From contig NW_018479948.1 in assembly GCF_002113885.1 (NCBI RefSeq), positions 1 to 64,000 of the forward strand: a stretch of DNA of 64,000 nucleotides. The letters run 5' to 3'. The DNA is from Mizuhopecten yessoensis (lineage: Eukaryota). The position numbers were made by a program, and so were the translations under genes. Shown piece after piece: positions 13,001 through 23,999 of the stretch. Within the stretch, counting starts at the first letter, position 1; each line of letters begins with the position of its first letter. The notes under the pieces were generated by a model. It was not told the DNA's origin. It worked only from the letters and a program-made list of their open reading frames with translations, and made no database searches.

Positions 13001-16000
13001 ACTTCTGATATTTCGCTAGAGATATAAGTAATTGGGTCATTGTTGATATTTTCTATGAAATTAGTAAGTAAAAAGTATAACTGCTGATGTTTCCCCGAGA
13101 CAAATAGCATGTAAGGGGAGTTACTGCTCATGTTTTACCTGAGGGAAGTTCCAAAAGAGCCTCTTCTTTGTTGCCATGAATAAGAGCTCTCTGAAAGGTA
13201 CAACAGACAAACACTACTATAGAAATAAGACATTATTTTTCAATGCAGTTGTTTGCAGGTCCTGATTGCTACAAAGGAATACTTAAAATCACATTTAACT
13301 TTTCCAGACCCTTAAAGTGTGTACTTAAAAGTTACTTGATACTGTAGTATTACACATTTAACATGAACATTTTAGTCAATAAATATAATACAATGTACAA
13401 CTTTGTGACAAAATTAACTTTAAATACATATTTTTCACATTTAAAATGAATTCAAAAGGGAATTATCCTTTTTTATTTATGAAAGTATATCTACATTGAA
13501 ACTTACTAGCTAGGTAAACTTGTAATTATTTTGTTCTTGCGAATTCAGAGACTGAAATACATTAACCATTCCATAACATATGTTTTGACAAAACATGTCA
13601 ATTCAAACTTCAGTTTATTAAACATCATTAACTGTTTTGCAGTTCATAATTTCCACAACATTTCACAGTAGATATACACAGCAATAGGAACTAATTCGGA
13701 ATTGAAAGTTTCATCACATCAAAATCAGATTTTAAAGATGTGATCAAATTAAATGGTGTTAAACATTTTGTGAGGATGCAATTAACTTTACTGAATCTAA
13801 AATTGGTACATGTACTATTAATTACAGGAAAACATTTATTGTGAAATGATTGTACCTGTCTAGCAGTTAATAACCTTGGGTCTTTGCTTTTCTTCAGCAT
13901 TCCCGAGTCGTCTAAGTCACCTTTCTCTAGAGCGTCCAGCCATTCTTTCTCCTCATCGGAGGTATCTTCCTTCTTTTCCCCCAATGCTGGTGATGCTAGT
14001 GTTGATGGTTGGGCAGAGGGGATGTCGGAGACGGTGGAGGATGTTATCGTGGCTGTTATTGCAGCTGAGGGAGGGGAGCCTTAAAATGAAATTCATTATC
14101 ATTACATCAGCATTCTGTCATAGAAATAAAATAATTCAGAGACTATCCAGGTTATTTATTGTACATGTGTGGATGGTACAATAAGATATCCTCGCCCCCG
14201 CATGGTTCTGAGTTTCATACCTGAAATCAAGTGTATACCACACAAAAAGATATTTCAGTCTTAATCCTGACTCTTGGGACACAGATAATTGAGCCCTGGA
14301 CGCATGATTGTCTTGTGAGACTCCCCAGCATTATGAAGACACTTTATATATACTTTTTGGTACATATATGTAATGGGACCTCATCAATGTTTTATGTTCA
14401 GGACTTGTCTGAAAAATCCTACAGAAATCACTGCCTGGTAATGGTTAGAGGAATGAAAACTGTGGCAAACTTTATCATTTATAGCAAAACAAATTAATTT
14501 TACAAGTAACTATACACTGTGTGAATGTCTGAGTCCTATAATGTAATGGGTTATCCAAGATCTAAATATTCTGCAAAGCTGTATAATCCAGATCAACTTT
14601 GATTCAGTATATAATTTATGTTACAGCTGTTTAATTTCTATTCCAAACAGAAATATTTTTGCTAAAGGTGTTAGAATTAGACAGGTTTAACTGCTGTAGT
14701 TACCCCAGGTGTCATTGAGGACATCTATGATCTGGTCCTGTGAGTCCTCAGAGCTGTCCTTCTGTTTCTGGTCTACAGGTGTGATACTGAAACACAGCCA
14801 AGTAAAGAGAGATTCCCAATGAAGGAATTCTAATCTATTTCAAGTTCTATCATGATAATGTTTGCTCTAGGTCCAATTCTTTTTACCTTTTCTTGTATGT
14901 GGTAACTTAATACCGAAAAATAGAGATTGTAAAATTGTTCACACCATACACCTACATGTAAGAAATATCTCTCAGTAACAAAGCAGTACTGACCTTTTGC
15001 ATCAGTAATACTACGGAACTAGATGTCCGTGGTATTAATATAATGTAGGTGAATTCAAGACTTTTACTTCAAGGAAATAAAACAAAAGCGTCCAACAAGG
15101 AAAACAATGGTGTATATATGGGATTCTGCTTAGCCTCGTTTATAATGGCATAATAAATAAGTTATATTAAATGTCATATTTATATCTTGCTGGCATTAAC
15201 TGAAGCGTTTAACTGATATGCATTGGTATAAATATGCTGTTTATCTATAGCTTATAAAGTTTGCATATTAGTGTGGTGAATGCATAACTAACAATATTCA
15301 GAACAAAATATTTTGAAAATTATCAGTACAAAATAAAGATGAATCTGTATATGCTTGTAACAGATATATGTTCTAAAGGGAAATGCCCTCTAGTGCGAAG
15401 CTATAAGGAGACCATAATCCTATGTACAATTAAAATCTGCCACATATATATGTGATATAGCACTTTGAACCGGCGCGTCTAATTACCCAATACTACCTAA
15501 TACTACCCAATACTACCCCATACGACCCAGTTATGAACCAAATACTTCTTTATTACTGTGAAATATCACCTTTGTAGATGTTATTTACTTCCATCTGTCA
15601 TATTTTATCGGGAAATATGCGATTTGGTGCCGAAAACATCACCGAATTGCCGTGACTATGACCCAATACTACCCCATACCACGGAATTAGATTAGATCTA
15701 AGTCCGTGCCCATACCACCCAATACTACCTCATACGACCCAGTTATGAACCGTATACTTCTTTATCACTGTGAAATGTCACAGTTATTTACCTCTATATG
15801 TCACATTCTATCTGGAAATATGTGATTTGGTGCAGAAAACATCACCGAAATGCCGTGACTAGGGGTTCGACGATTTACAGGAACGGGCAGAAATCTATTA
15901 ATTATTATATAGGCCTATACATTAATGAATATATATATTAGATACATTTAAGTATCATTATCGGGTATAAGATATATTTGATAAAAGGATTGCAATTACA

Positions 16001-18290
16001 TGATACTATATTAATTCTATTCATGTCATAAAATGGTGTTATTAAGATCATATATATAAATTTAGCAGGAAATATTTAGAAAATTTGAAATTACTTTTCA
16101 AAAATGTTAGTTATTCAATTTTGTTAAACATAACAGTATCAATTATCTATGTAAAAATTAAATAGATTAATAAAAGGAATTACGTCACGCTTCTTATACA
16201 TCAATCCAGAGACGTATATATTACATTACGTAATATATACGTCTTTGATCATCCGAAAGCAAAATACTAAATGACATGAAAACTTGATTCGACTCCCAGA
16301 GATACTGTATCCACATATATTTTATTCAACTCGTTGGCCATCTCAAGTAAATGTGATCTCTATAGGTACATGGTAGATAATAATTTTTTTATGCAATGAA
16401 CGTTATAAACGTATTGACGTACATGAACATTCTACTTTTTTTTTTATTTATAACAACTATCGATATAATATGTATAAATATAGATTTGTTCCAATATATA
16501 CTAAAGATACATGGTCGTGAAAAGTAAATCTACTCATACTAAATACTCGTCGAATTTATTTAATCAAATTTAAGTCTTTAAAAACATCAAGTTAGATGAA
16601 TGCATAACCACAGACTTTATCCAATTCCGTGTACAATATCTAATTTTAAACATAAACTTAGTCCCGTGCAATTGAATAGATTCTTGATATATGAAATCCA
16701 TTTAAAATCAGCGAAATCATTTTTATGTAAATTCAGCATAAGCTTGTATATTATTCTGAATTTGAAAAAAAATGAAACTTAAAGCGTTTCACCGTGTTTC
16801 TTTCTTCTTTGCATATACAATTAATATACAGTATTGTTTTTCTATAACAGATAAGGCCTAACAATCCAACATATGGACTTCAATATTTATTTACGTAAAA
16901 CATGTATTTCAATTAACTTATATTTACATATAGAATAATATTTAATTTTCAGATTGATGTCCCTTTTTTTGAGTTGGAAAATTGCGTATTTTCTTTTTTT
17001 TAAGATCGTAGACGTGATGGGATTGTAATCTACACATTAACACCAATTAATTCACTCAAAATATATTCATGCTATTTATTAAGAGTTGAGTATAAGTTAT
17101 GAAGTTATTAACATTTAGTTATCATAATTTCATTTCCAATGTTTCAGGTGTTATGACATCGCAATAACAATGTCATATATATAAATGAGAAAATAACNNN
17201 NNNNNNNNNNNNNNNNNNNNNNNNNNNNNNNNNNNNNNNNNNNNNNNNNNNNNNNNNNNNNNNNNNNNNNNNNNNNNNNNNNNNNNNNNNNNNNNNNNNN
17301 NNNNNNNNNNNNNNNNNNNNNNNNNNNNNNNNNNNNNNNNNNNNNNNNNNNNNNNNNNNNNNNNNNNNNNNNNNNNNNNNNGGGTAGTATTGGGTCATAG
17401 TCACGGCAATTCGGTGATGTTTTCGGCACCAAATCGCATATTTCCCGATAAAATATGACAGATGGAAGTAAATAACGTCTACAAAGGTGATATTTCACAG
17501 TAATAAAGAAGTATTTGGTTCATAACTGGATCGTATGGGGTAGTATTGGGTAGTATTGGGTGGTATTGGATAGTATTGGGTGGTATTGGGTAATTAGACG
17601 CGCCCCTTTGAACAGTCGATAGCCTTAGCACATTATTTTGGATTTCTTACTTCTTTGTTCCCAAGGTTTCCCCACCAATCTTTAGTTTCAGCTTAATGGC
17701 AGGTTTTGCCAATCCCCCTGGAGCTCCCAGAGCAAAGGGATCAAGGTCATGGTCCCTTCTCTTCTTGTGCTTCTTTTTATGTTTCTTATGTTTCTTGTGG
17801 GAACTGCTAGGGGAGTCCACTATAAACAACAACAAAACATAGAGCATACAGCATGCTCCTGAATGTACATACAACCTATAGCTTTGTGTCTACGCATATA
17901 TGATATATAAAACACAGTCAAAATACAAATACAATCTGGAGAATTGTTGCCATATTGATCTATATATGTAAATATATATACCACCCGTGTACTTATATTA
18001 GTTCACCAAATTACACCCTAATCAGACAGAGCAAGACACGAATATGATACAGTTCTTTTTGATATTAGAAATTTAGGCTAAGCTCATGCCTTACTGTGTC
18101 GTGCTACACGGTGCCCTGTGAAGAAACATTAAAAAACGATTAATTCAACCCCCCCCCCCGCCTAATTTGTAACTGCATGAAACTTCTTTAGCGTACACGT
18201 ATTAGCACAGGTAGTTTTGATACCCGGTTAATGAGTGTAATTACCTGAAAGTAACTCTTCCTCTGTTCCAGAACCTTTACGTTTTCCCAT
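10067..18290 (-). CDS. INO80B: INO80 complex subunit B (PAPA-1 / Ies2 homologue), 9 coding exons, ~330 aa, with a C-terminal HIT-type zinc finger
   Basis: Exons: 18290-18245, 17819-17651, 14786-14704, 14079-13856, 13190-13139, 12203-12103, 11584-11537, 11086-10971, 10220-10067. All are GT-AG with consistent phases; total 993 nt. Diagnostic motifs: HKKHKKHKKKHKK; IKLKLKIGGETLGTK; EEKEWLDALEKGDLDDSG..KDPRLLTARQRAL; LTEEQQLKRVQRAKKRRQQAHEKREKDKKLTLDRLL (PAPA-1); CSISGCKNVKKYACSRTGVPLCSLGCYK (zf-HIT). Confidence 0.95.
10651..10921. repeat. 66-bp tandem repeat (~4 copies) in INO80B intron 8
   Basis: The unit catggtcagttatctccccttgtcagttagacaaattacctcccctgtctgtaggaccttgttaaa repeats and produces the spurious ORF 10653..11000. 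Confidence 0.95.
12335..12980. repeat. Two related minisatellites in INO80B intron 5: ~33 bp at 12335-12473 and ~49 bp at 12590-12980
   Basis: Units gagtaactgttaatatttatgtaaggggatcca and ggtgttgatgtaatactagtgagagatacctcgtaacatgtatttaatgggag. Confidence 0.9.
15471..17605. mobile_element. Apparently non-autonomous DNA transposon with long (>=200 bp) terminal inverted repeats and an 8-bp TSD, in INO80B intron 2
   Basis: The left end cggcgcgtctaattacccaatactacc and right end ggtattgggtaattagacgcgccc are inverted matches extending about 200 bp, up to the N gap. The identical 8-mer ctttgaac flanks both ends (15463-15470 and 17606-17613). The interior is AT-rich with a gap at 17198-17381. Confidence 0.9.
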
Positions 18291-18527
18291 TATGTTAACA
18301 ACAGGAAAAACGTGTCTTCATAAAATGTAAACAATCACATTTTCTATAAAGATCTAATTATGTTACTGTTCTAAAGGTGATCCTCGTGCCTTATCCGAAC
18401 CAATAGCTGTAATAGGGAGTTATTTCCCTTCCTCCAGTGTCTCTGACTACGCTCTTATTATACATACCCAACTCCCCATTACCGGTTCAAATTATCACTG
18501 AGTTACACAAACGGCATTATTGTCGAT

Positions 18528-18660
18528 CAGGGGCGTAGCTAGGCCCATTGATATGTGTAAGAATAGGCGAGGGGTCTGGGGGCCGCCCAGACCCCCAGTG
18601 AGTACAGAACGGTGCTCAGGGGGGCGAAGCCGCCCGACGGAAAATTACTTTTAAGATTTG
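18528..18660 (+). mobile_element. Probable end of a non-autonomous DNA transposon (CAGGGGCGTAGC terminus)
   Basis: caggggcgtagctagg...ggggtctgggggccgccc...cagggggcgaagcc is a pattern typical of hAT-like non-autonomous elements. I could not find the partner end. Confidence 0.45.
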
Positions 18661-18959
18661 ACGAAGCATTCAAATTATTATCCGACACAGTTATTTAAAG
18701 ACATATTTCAGTGTCAAATACGCTGAAATGAAGAACATCACATAACTTATAATAATATCTTTTATTTATCCAGGGATACATATTTAAACATGTCTAATTT
18801 ACAATATGGGCCTGCATCAATATATTTACAGATATCACAGAAAAATACACATACACTACATGAAAGACATTTGCAGATTAAAATACATGTATATTAAACA
18901 CAAATACAATACTTATTTAAAAAGTATATCGTTATATCATAAAGTAAGTACCAAACTAA

Positions 18960-19660
18960 CGTTTTGAGGAGAAATCCTGTGGGTATTTGCGTTTAAAAGC
19001 AGCAACATCACACGCATTTCTAATATTTACATTCAATCCATTCAATAAAACAGAACATGTGTACACAAATGAACGTTTGAAATAATTAGTTCTGGCAGTG
19101 GGAATATAAACTTGTTGGAAACTGATGACCTTGTATTTCTAAAACTGATATCATTGACATAGGTAAACATATTACTTAAAACACTTGGAGTATCCCCATG
19201 TAAAATTTTGTAAGCCAGAACTGCTTTCCTAAAAATAAAATAATCTTCTATTGGCAGCCACTTTAACTGTTTAAAAAGCAAAATAGAAGGGTTAAAAACG
19301 TCTCTTATATTTAACAAAACTCTAGCTGCCCTTTTCTGAAGTTTTGAGATTTTATGAATATATGGTTTGTTACTAGCCTCACACTAGACTACAGAACAAT
19401 AGATAAAATGTAGGAAAACTATACTTTGATAAACTTTACTGAGAACATCATTAGACATGAAAGGTCGTTACCTTTTCAGAACACCAATCTTTTTCGAAAT
19501 TTTCTTTGATATGTAATCAATGTGGTCTTTCCAAGACAGACAACAGTCGACAAAAACACCAAGGAGTTTTGCACAGTGAACAGTTTCAATAATTAAGTTA
19601 TCAATAGTAATGTTCAACTCACGACATTTAGATAACATTTGAGACGATCCCCCCCCCCAA
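18960..19660 (-). mobile_element. Decayed 3' part of a CR1/L2-group LINE (C-terminal end of ORF2 reverse transcriptase)
   Basis: Broken ORFs read KLLGVFVDCCLSWKDHIDYISKKISKKIGVLKR and LFKQLKWLPIEDYFIFRKAVLAYKILHGDTPSVLSNMF, typical post-RT sequence. Confidence 0.85.
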
Positions 19661-20405
19661 TCAACATGCACTGAGTTATGTTCGCTATTATGTTTATTTT
19701 ACACTACACGTTGCCCAGCCACCTTTTAATTTACAGCTAGTAATGTCTAGATAAAAGACACTTTCCTTTTGTGTTATGAAAGTCTGTACTACGTTGTCCG
19801 TATTTATAGAAATTTCCCTGTGGACATGTAGCATTGCTAGCGAGGAAAGACGGTCTTGGTTTGTCTTGGTACTATTCAGTAAAAAATATAAAGTGAAACC
19901 GACCTCTGCTAAACTATATAGTCATATATATAGAATCAATTAATTTTCTAATCATGATATTAGACATTGCTTATCAGATTCCTTTTCAGTACGTTAATAA
20001 AAGCAGCTCAGAAAATCAAATGAATTAGCCCCCCATCCCCCAAAAACAGAAGGAAAAAGTACATAGTGATGGTTGGTTATCATGTTTATCTCATTCGAGT
20101 TAGTTAATTTTCAAATTGTTAAAGACCTCGAACAGTAATGTTGGTTAAAGAATGAAAAATGAGTGTGAAAATTAATATTGTAATTATTCTGTTATGCTGA
20201 AAATGTTTCCCAAAAAAATATATAAAAAAAGTGTCGACAAAGATGTAAATTAGAAATCAGTATGGAAAATTCCAATACTATTTCTAATATTTCAGTAGAG
20301 TGATCTATCAACATTTTGATTCCATCTCCGTCAATCACCCCCCACATTCATATACCACTATAAAAAGGTGCTTCCACATGTTTCTACCCCATTTAGTTCA
20401 TCAAC

Positions 20406-22642
20406 ATGGCAGAGAAATACTTTTTTGGACATGGACTATATGCCCAATTATCATCCTACAAGGACGAGACCTACGTCCACATCGATGGCCGTAATGGACG
20501 GAGCGCGAGTGTGACAGGTGCCGAGTTCCTGAGTGTAATATTAATACTGTAATAATATTATTGTAGGATTGTACTGTAAGATGGATGCAACAGTGCCTGC
20601 TATACCAGTGTGAACGCACGGTATGGGTGAATGTAATGCTATGTAGTATACAATCGTAATAGTATTGTAAAATGAATGTAATAATGTATATCACAGTGTA
20701 TGATGAGTGTCATTGTATGCGCAGTGCGTTATATTGTCTATTATAACAAGGTATGATAGTACGTATGAACAGTGTAATAGTGTGCTTATCATTGTATGAG
20801 AAGTGTAATTGTTTCCACTATATTATTGTACGCTAGCATAGTAAGATGAGTGCTTTACGGTCAACCATATCATTGTTATATTGTACTTTATGATGACCTC
20901 TTCTTGCGCACAACAGTGTGCCTGAGTGATAATACAAATCTCTGAAAATCTCTGAACCTGTCACAAAACTATGACCTCCTCATGGAGGGAATTAACCGGC
21001 TGAGGCGGGTAAGTGTGAAAGTTCTAAACATATTTATATTACAACATGTATCAAACTGGTTATACGAGATGAAAAGCGTTTAACACTTCCAAATCCTGCT
21101 GTTTATACTTTATTGTATAATGATCAGTAAATGTTGATATTATATGTGTTATGTTTTAGGAATCGTGCTCGCCAAAAACACCCACAGCAACACCAGGCCT
21201 ACCTCCGATATCAAAAACCCCCACAGCAACACCAGGCCTACCTCCGATAGCAAAAACACCCACAGCAACACCAGGCCTACCTCCTATATCAAAAACACCC
21301 ACAGCAACACCAGGCCTGCCTCCGATATCAAAAACACCCACAGCAACACCAGGCCTGCCTCCGATATCAAAAACACCCACAGCAACTCCAGGCCTACCTC
21401 CGATATCAAAAACACCCACAGCAAAACCAGGCCTACCTCCAATATCAAAAACACCTACAGCAACACCAGGCCTACCTCCAATATCAAAAACACCTACAGC
21501 AACACCAGGCCTACCTCCAATATCAAAAACACCTACAGCAACACCAGGCCTACCTCCAATATCAAAAACACCCACAGCAAAACCAGGCCTACCTCCAATA
21601 TCAAAAACACCCACAGCAACCCCAGGCCTACCTCCCATATCAAAAACACCCACAGCAACACCAGGCCTCCCTCCAATATCAAAAACACCCACACCAACAC
21701 CAGGCCTACCTCCGATATCAAAAACACCCACAGCAAAACCAGGCCTACCTCCAATATCAAAAACACCCACAGCAAAACCAGGCCTACCTCCAATATCAAA
21801 AACACCTACAGCAACACCAGGCCTACCTCCAATATCAAAAACACCCACAGCAACACCAGGCCTACCTCCAATATAAAAAATTATGAGTAATGCTTTGTGT
21901 TGCTTTTCTACTGCAGATACTCTTCATTTCTAACAATTGATATTCAAATGAAAAATGAAAATTATGCTTATTTGACTTTAATACTCTTCATAGACTCCAG
22001 ACATGGTATTACCACCAGTTCCAGTACGTCAAATTCTGGCACCAGCACCGGCTAACGTGGCGAGTACATGCTATTTTCACTGTTTGATTATATAATAGTT
22101 AGCTACAGGTTAAGTACTAAATATCAGATTCCTATACTCCAATGTTCACGTGAGCGTCAAACACTTTTACTAACACATTGTATGGCCGCGCAATCCTATA
22201 AACAAATATTGTTTCACTGTCCTCTGTAAGTATTATTCATATTGACCATATTTCGATTTTATATGTATACACCAAACATGATTGAGAAAATACTAATCAA
22301 GCGCTTAATCATTTCCAGTCTGACGAGCCACAAATGAAAACAGAGGTGACTTCCCCTCAAAATCAAGCAGCTTGGTAAGTTTCAATACACCATGAATACG
22401 TTTTACCTACTATTTCTATAGATTTCGAGGTCTCCAGAAGGTGAGTGTAGTATTTAAGTTCAGCTGTACTCTAATCGTTTTCCCGCACATATTTTAACAA
22501 AATATCAAAAAGCGTTTCATCCGTTACTGAATAATTTTCTCACGAAGAATATTCATTTTTATTTCAGCTGACCGTCGACTTTCAGGATATTGAAGTCAAT
22601 GAGGACGTCATGAAGGTCCTCCTCGCCTCTATTGACTTGTAG
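20406..22642 (+). pseudogene. Disrupted intron-containing gene: PC4-like N-terminal domain, then a Pro/Thr-rich 14-aa repeat, then short downstream exon-like blocks
   Basis: 20406-20531 reads MAEKYFFGHGLYAQLSSYKDETYVHIDGRNGRSASVTGAEFL. After a ~420-bp insertion, 20955-21008 reads NLSQNYDLLMEGINRLRR|GTAAGT. The phase-0 acceptor ttttag|21160 opens ESCSP(KTPTATPGLPPIS)n up to a TAA at 21874. Further AG/GT-bounded blocks lie at ~21993-22109, 22319-22374, 22422-22440 and 22568-22642; their frames are unresolved. Confidence 0.55.
21170..21880 (+). repeat. 42-bp minisatellite, ~17 copies, probably coding
   Basis: Unit aaaacacccacagcaacaccaggcctacctccaatatca. Variation is mostly at third positions of the KTPTATPGLPPIS frame. 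Confidence 0.95.
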
Positions 22643-22699
22643 GTTATAATTATTTGATTTCTTAATTTGAGTTTTATTGGGGAAAAAATAGATGAAAAA

Positions 22700-23450
22700 T
22701 CAATATGTAGTAGTAATATATCCCAGGGTTTTAACATCACACAACTGCCATACTCTTTGTGCATGGCCACAATCCTCTTGTGAAATGTCTTCTTTGGATA
22801 AATCACCATAGAAAGATGATTTTGGGGATAACCGAACGTCAGAAAACTTGGAGTCGTCCGTCAAGTACTGGTAATGATAAATCTCCTTCCTGAGCAAGAT
22901 TTCCCTGTGTTCCGGTCGAGTAAACCCTTCCTAAAATATTTGAAATTGTCGTGTCCTTTTTCTTAGAGATTGGTCACCAATGTATCCAGTGAACTGGGCA
23001 TAAAACGGCACGAGTCCAAAAAGCGTAAATTCCCGAGTGAAAAGGAGATGTAGTTTTTCATGTTTTGTGCTATGCATGTGATATTTTGCTCTTTGTATTT
23101 TCTTATTGCATCCCAGAGTATGTGTCCATCGAACCGCGACATGTTGTGATAAAACACTGGAATGTGTTTTGGGTGTTTAACATTCAAATTACATTTGTTG
23201 CAGGCAGCTCCCCGGAACACCCCCCCCCCCCCCCCCCCCCCCCGTCACGTGGTAATGGTCCTTTAGCTTGTCTTTGTTGTTTTTAAAGTACTTGTTGCAT
23301 AGATAACATTTGTTCGTATTGTCAAAAGTCTCCTGATCTTCTTGGGTCATGGCCATGGGTTCCATGTCACTCAAAGTTTGCTGGATTTCTCTTTCTTCTT
23401 CAATGAGATAATTAATAAACGTTTCTACCACGTTAGGTCCACGTTGACTC
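22700..23450 (-). pseudogene. Polinton/Maverick protein-primed family B DNA polymerase fragment (endonuclease VII-like Zn-binding segment plus exonuclease region), frameshifted
   Basis: Reads CYLCNKYF..KLKDHYHVTG / FRGAACNKCNL..IPVFYHNMSRFDGHIL..YISFSLGNLRFLDSCRFMPSSLDTLVTNL / LRKEIYHYQYLTDDSKFSDVRLSPKSSFYGDLSKEDISQEDCGHAQRVW. These match canonical Polinton PolB motifs. A poly-C run at about 23220-23243 breaks the frame. Confidence 0.9.
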
Positions 23451-23489
23451 ATAGTGGTAGATACATGTGTACGTCTTCACCCTTGAGGA

Positions 23490-23910
23490 TATGACTGGTA
23501 CTTTTTATCTGTGTGTGGACTTTAATCTATCAAGAGATATCCGTATTTTGCTGCAGTGGCCGTTTCGTAAGCTTTTGTGAAATATTGAGCTTTGGTAGGA
23601 AATATCTGTCTCCCTAAGATATAGACTTGCTGCTTATCTCTCTTGATTTTGAAAAAAACCGATATAATGACTATTCAGAGAAATCGTACGCATGCACTTG
23701 CCTTTAGAAAATGCATTTTGTGTCAAAAAGATGACGGTGGTATTGTGATGATGACAGCCGACCGTAAATAAATGTTGTACGTCGACACTATTGCACACCG
23801 TTTCCATCAAATCATCTAAAATTAGTAACAATGGTAACCCGTCCCACCACCATTCTTCTAAATTTTCTTTTGTAGTTATCCCTTCGTGAAAGGTTAAGTT
23901 TTTATGATCC
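23490..23910 (-). pseudogene. Polinton A32/FtsK-like DNA packaging ATPase, C-terminal half
   Basis: Reads LTFHEGITTKENLEEW..LLLILDDLM (Walker B)..LFTVGCHHHNTTVIFLTQNAFSKGKCMRTISLNSHYIGFF. After a frameshift it continues RDKQQVYILGRQIFPTKAQYFTKAYETATAAKYGYLLID*SPHT. Walker A is missing. Confidence 0.9.
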
Positions 23911-23999
23911 GTGTGGTAAAGGATATTGTATTAAATAGGTACAGAGTGTCGAATTAAACTGTATGGGTGGTGATGTTTCGATCTTTACACAGTCTGATG

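Noticed and set aside
17144-17498. ORFs containing X runs
   Set aside because: They span an assembly gap.
21144-21890. ORF-track proteins (NTHSNTRPTSDIK)n and (LILEVGLVLLWVF)n
   Set aside because: Unit variants are non-synonymous in these frames. The third + frame fits both the splice phase and the synonymous pattern.
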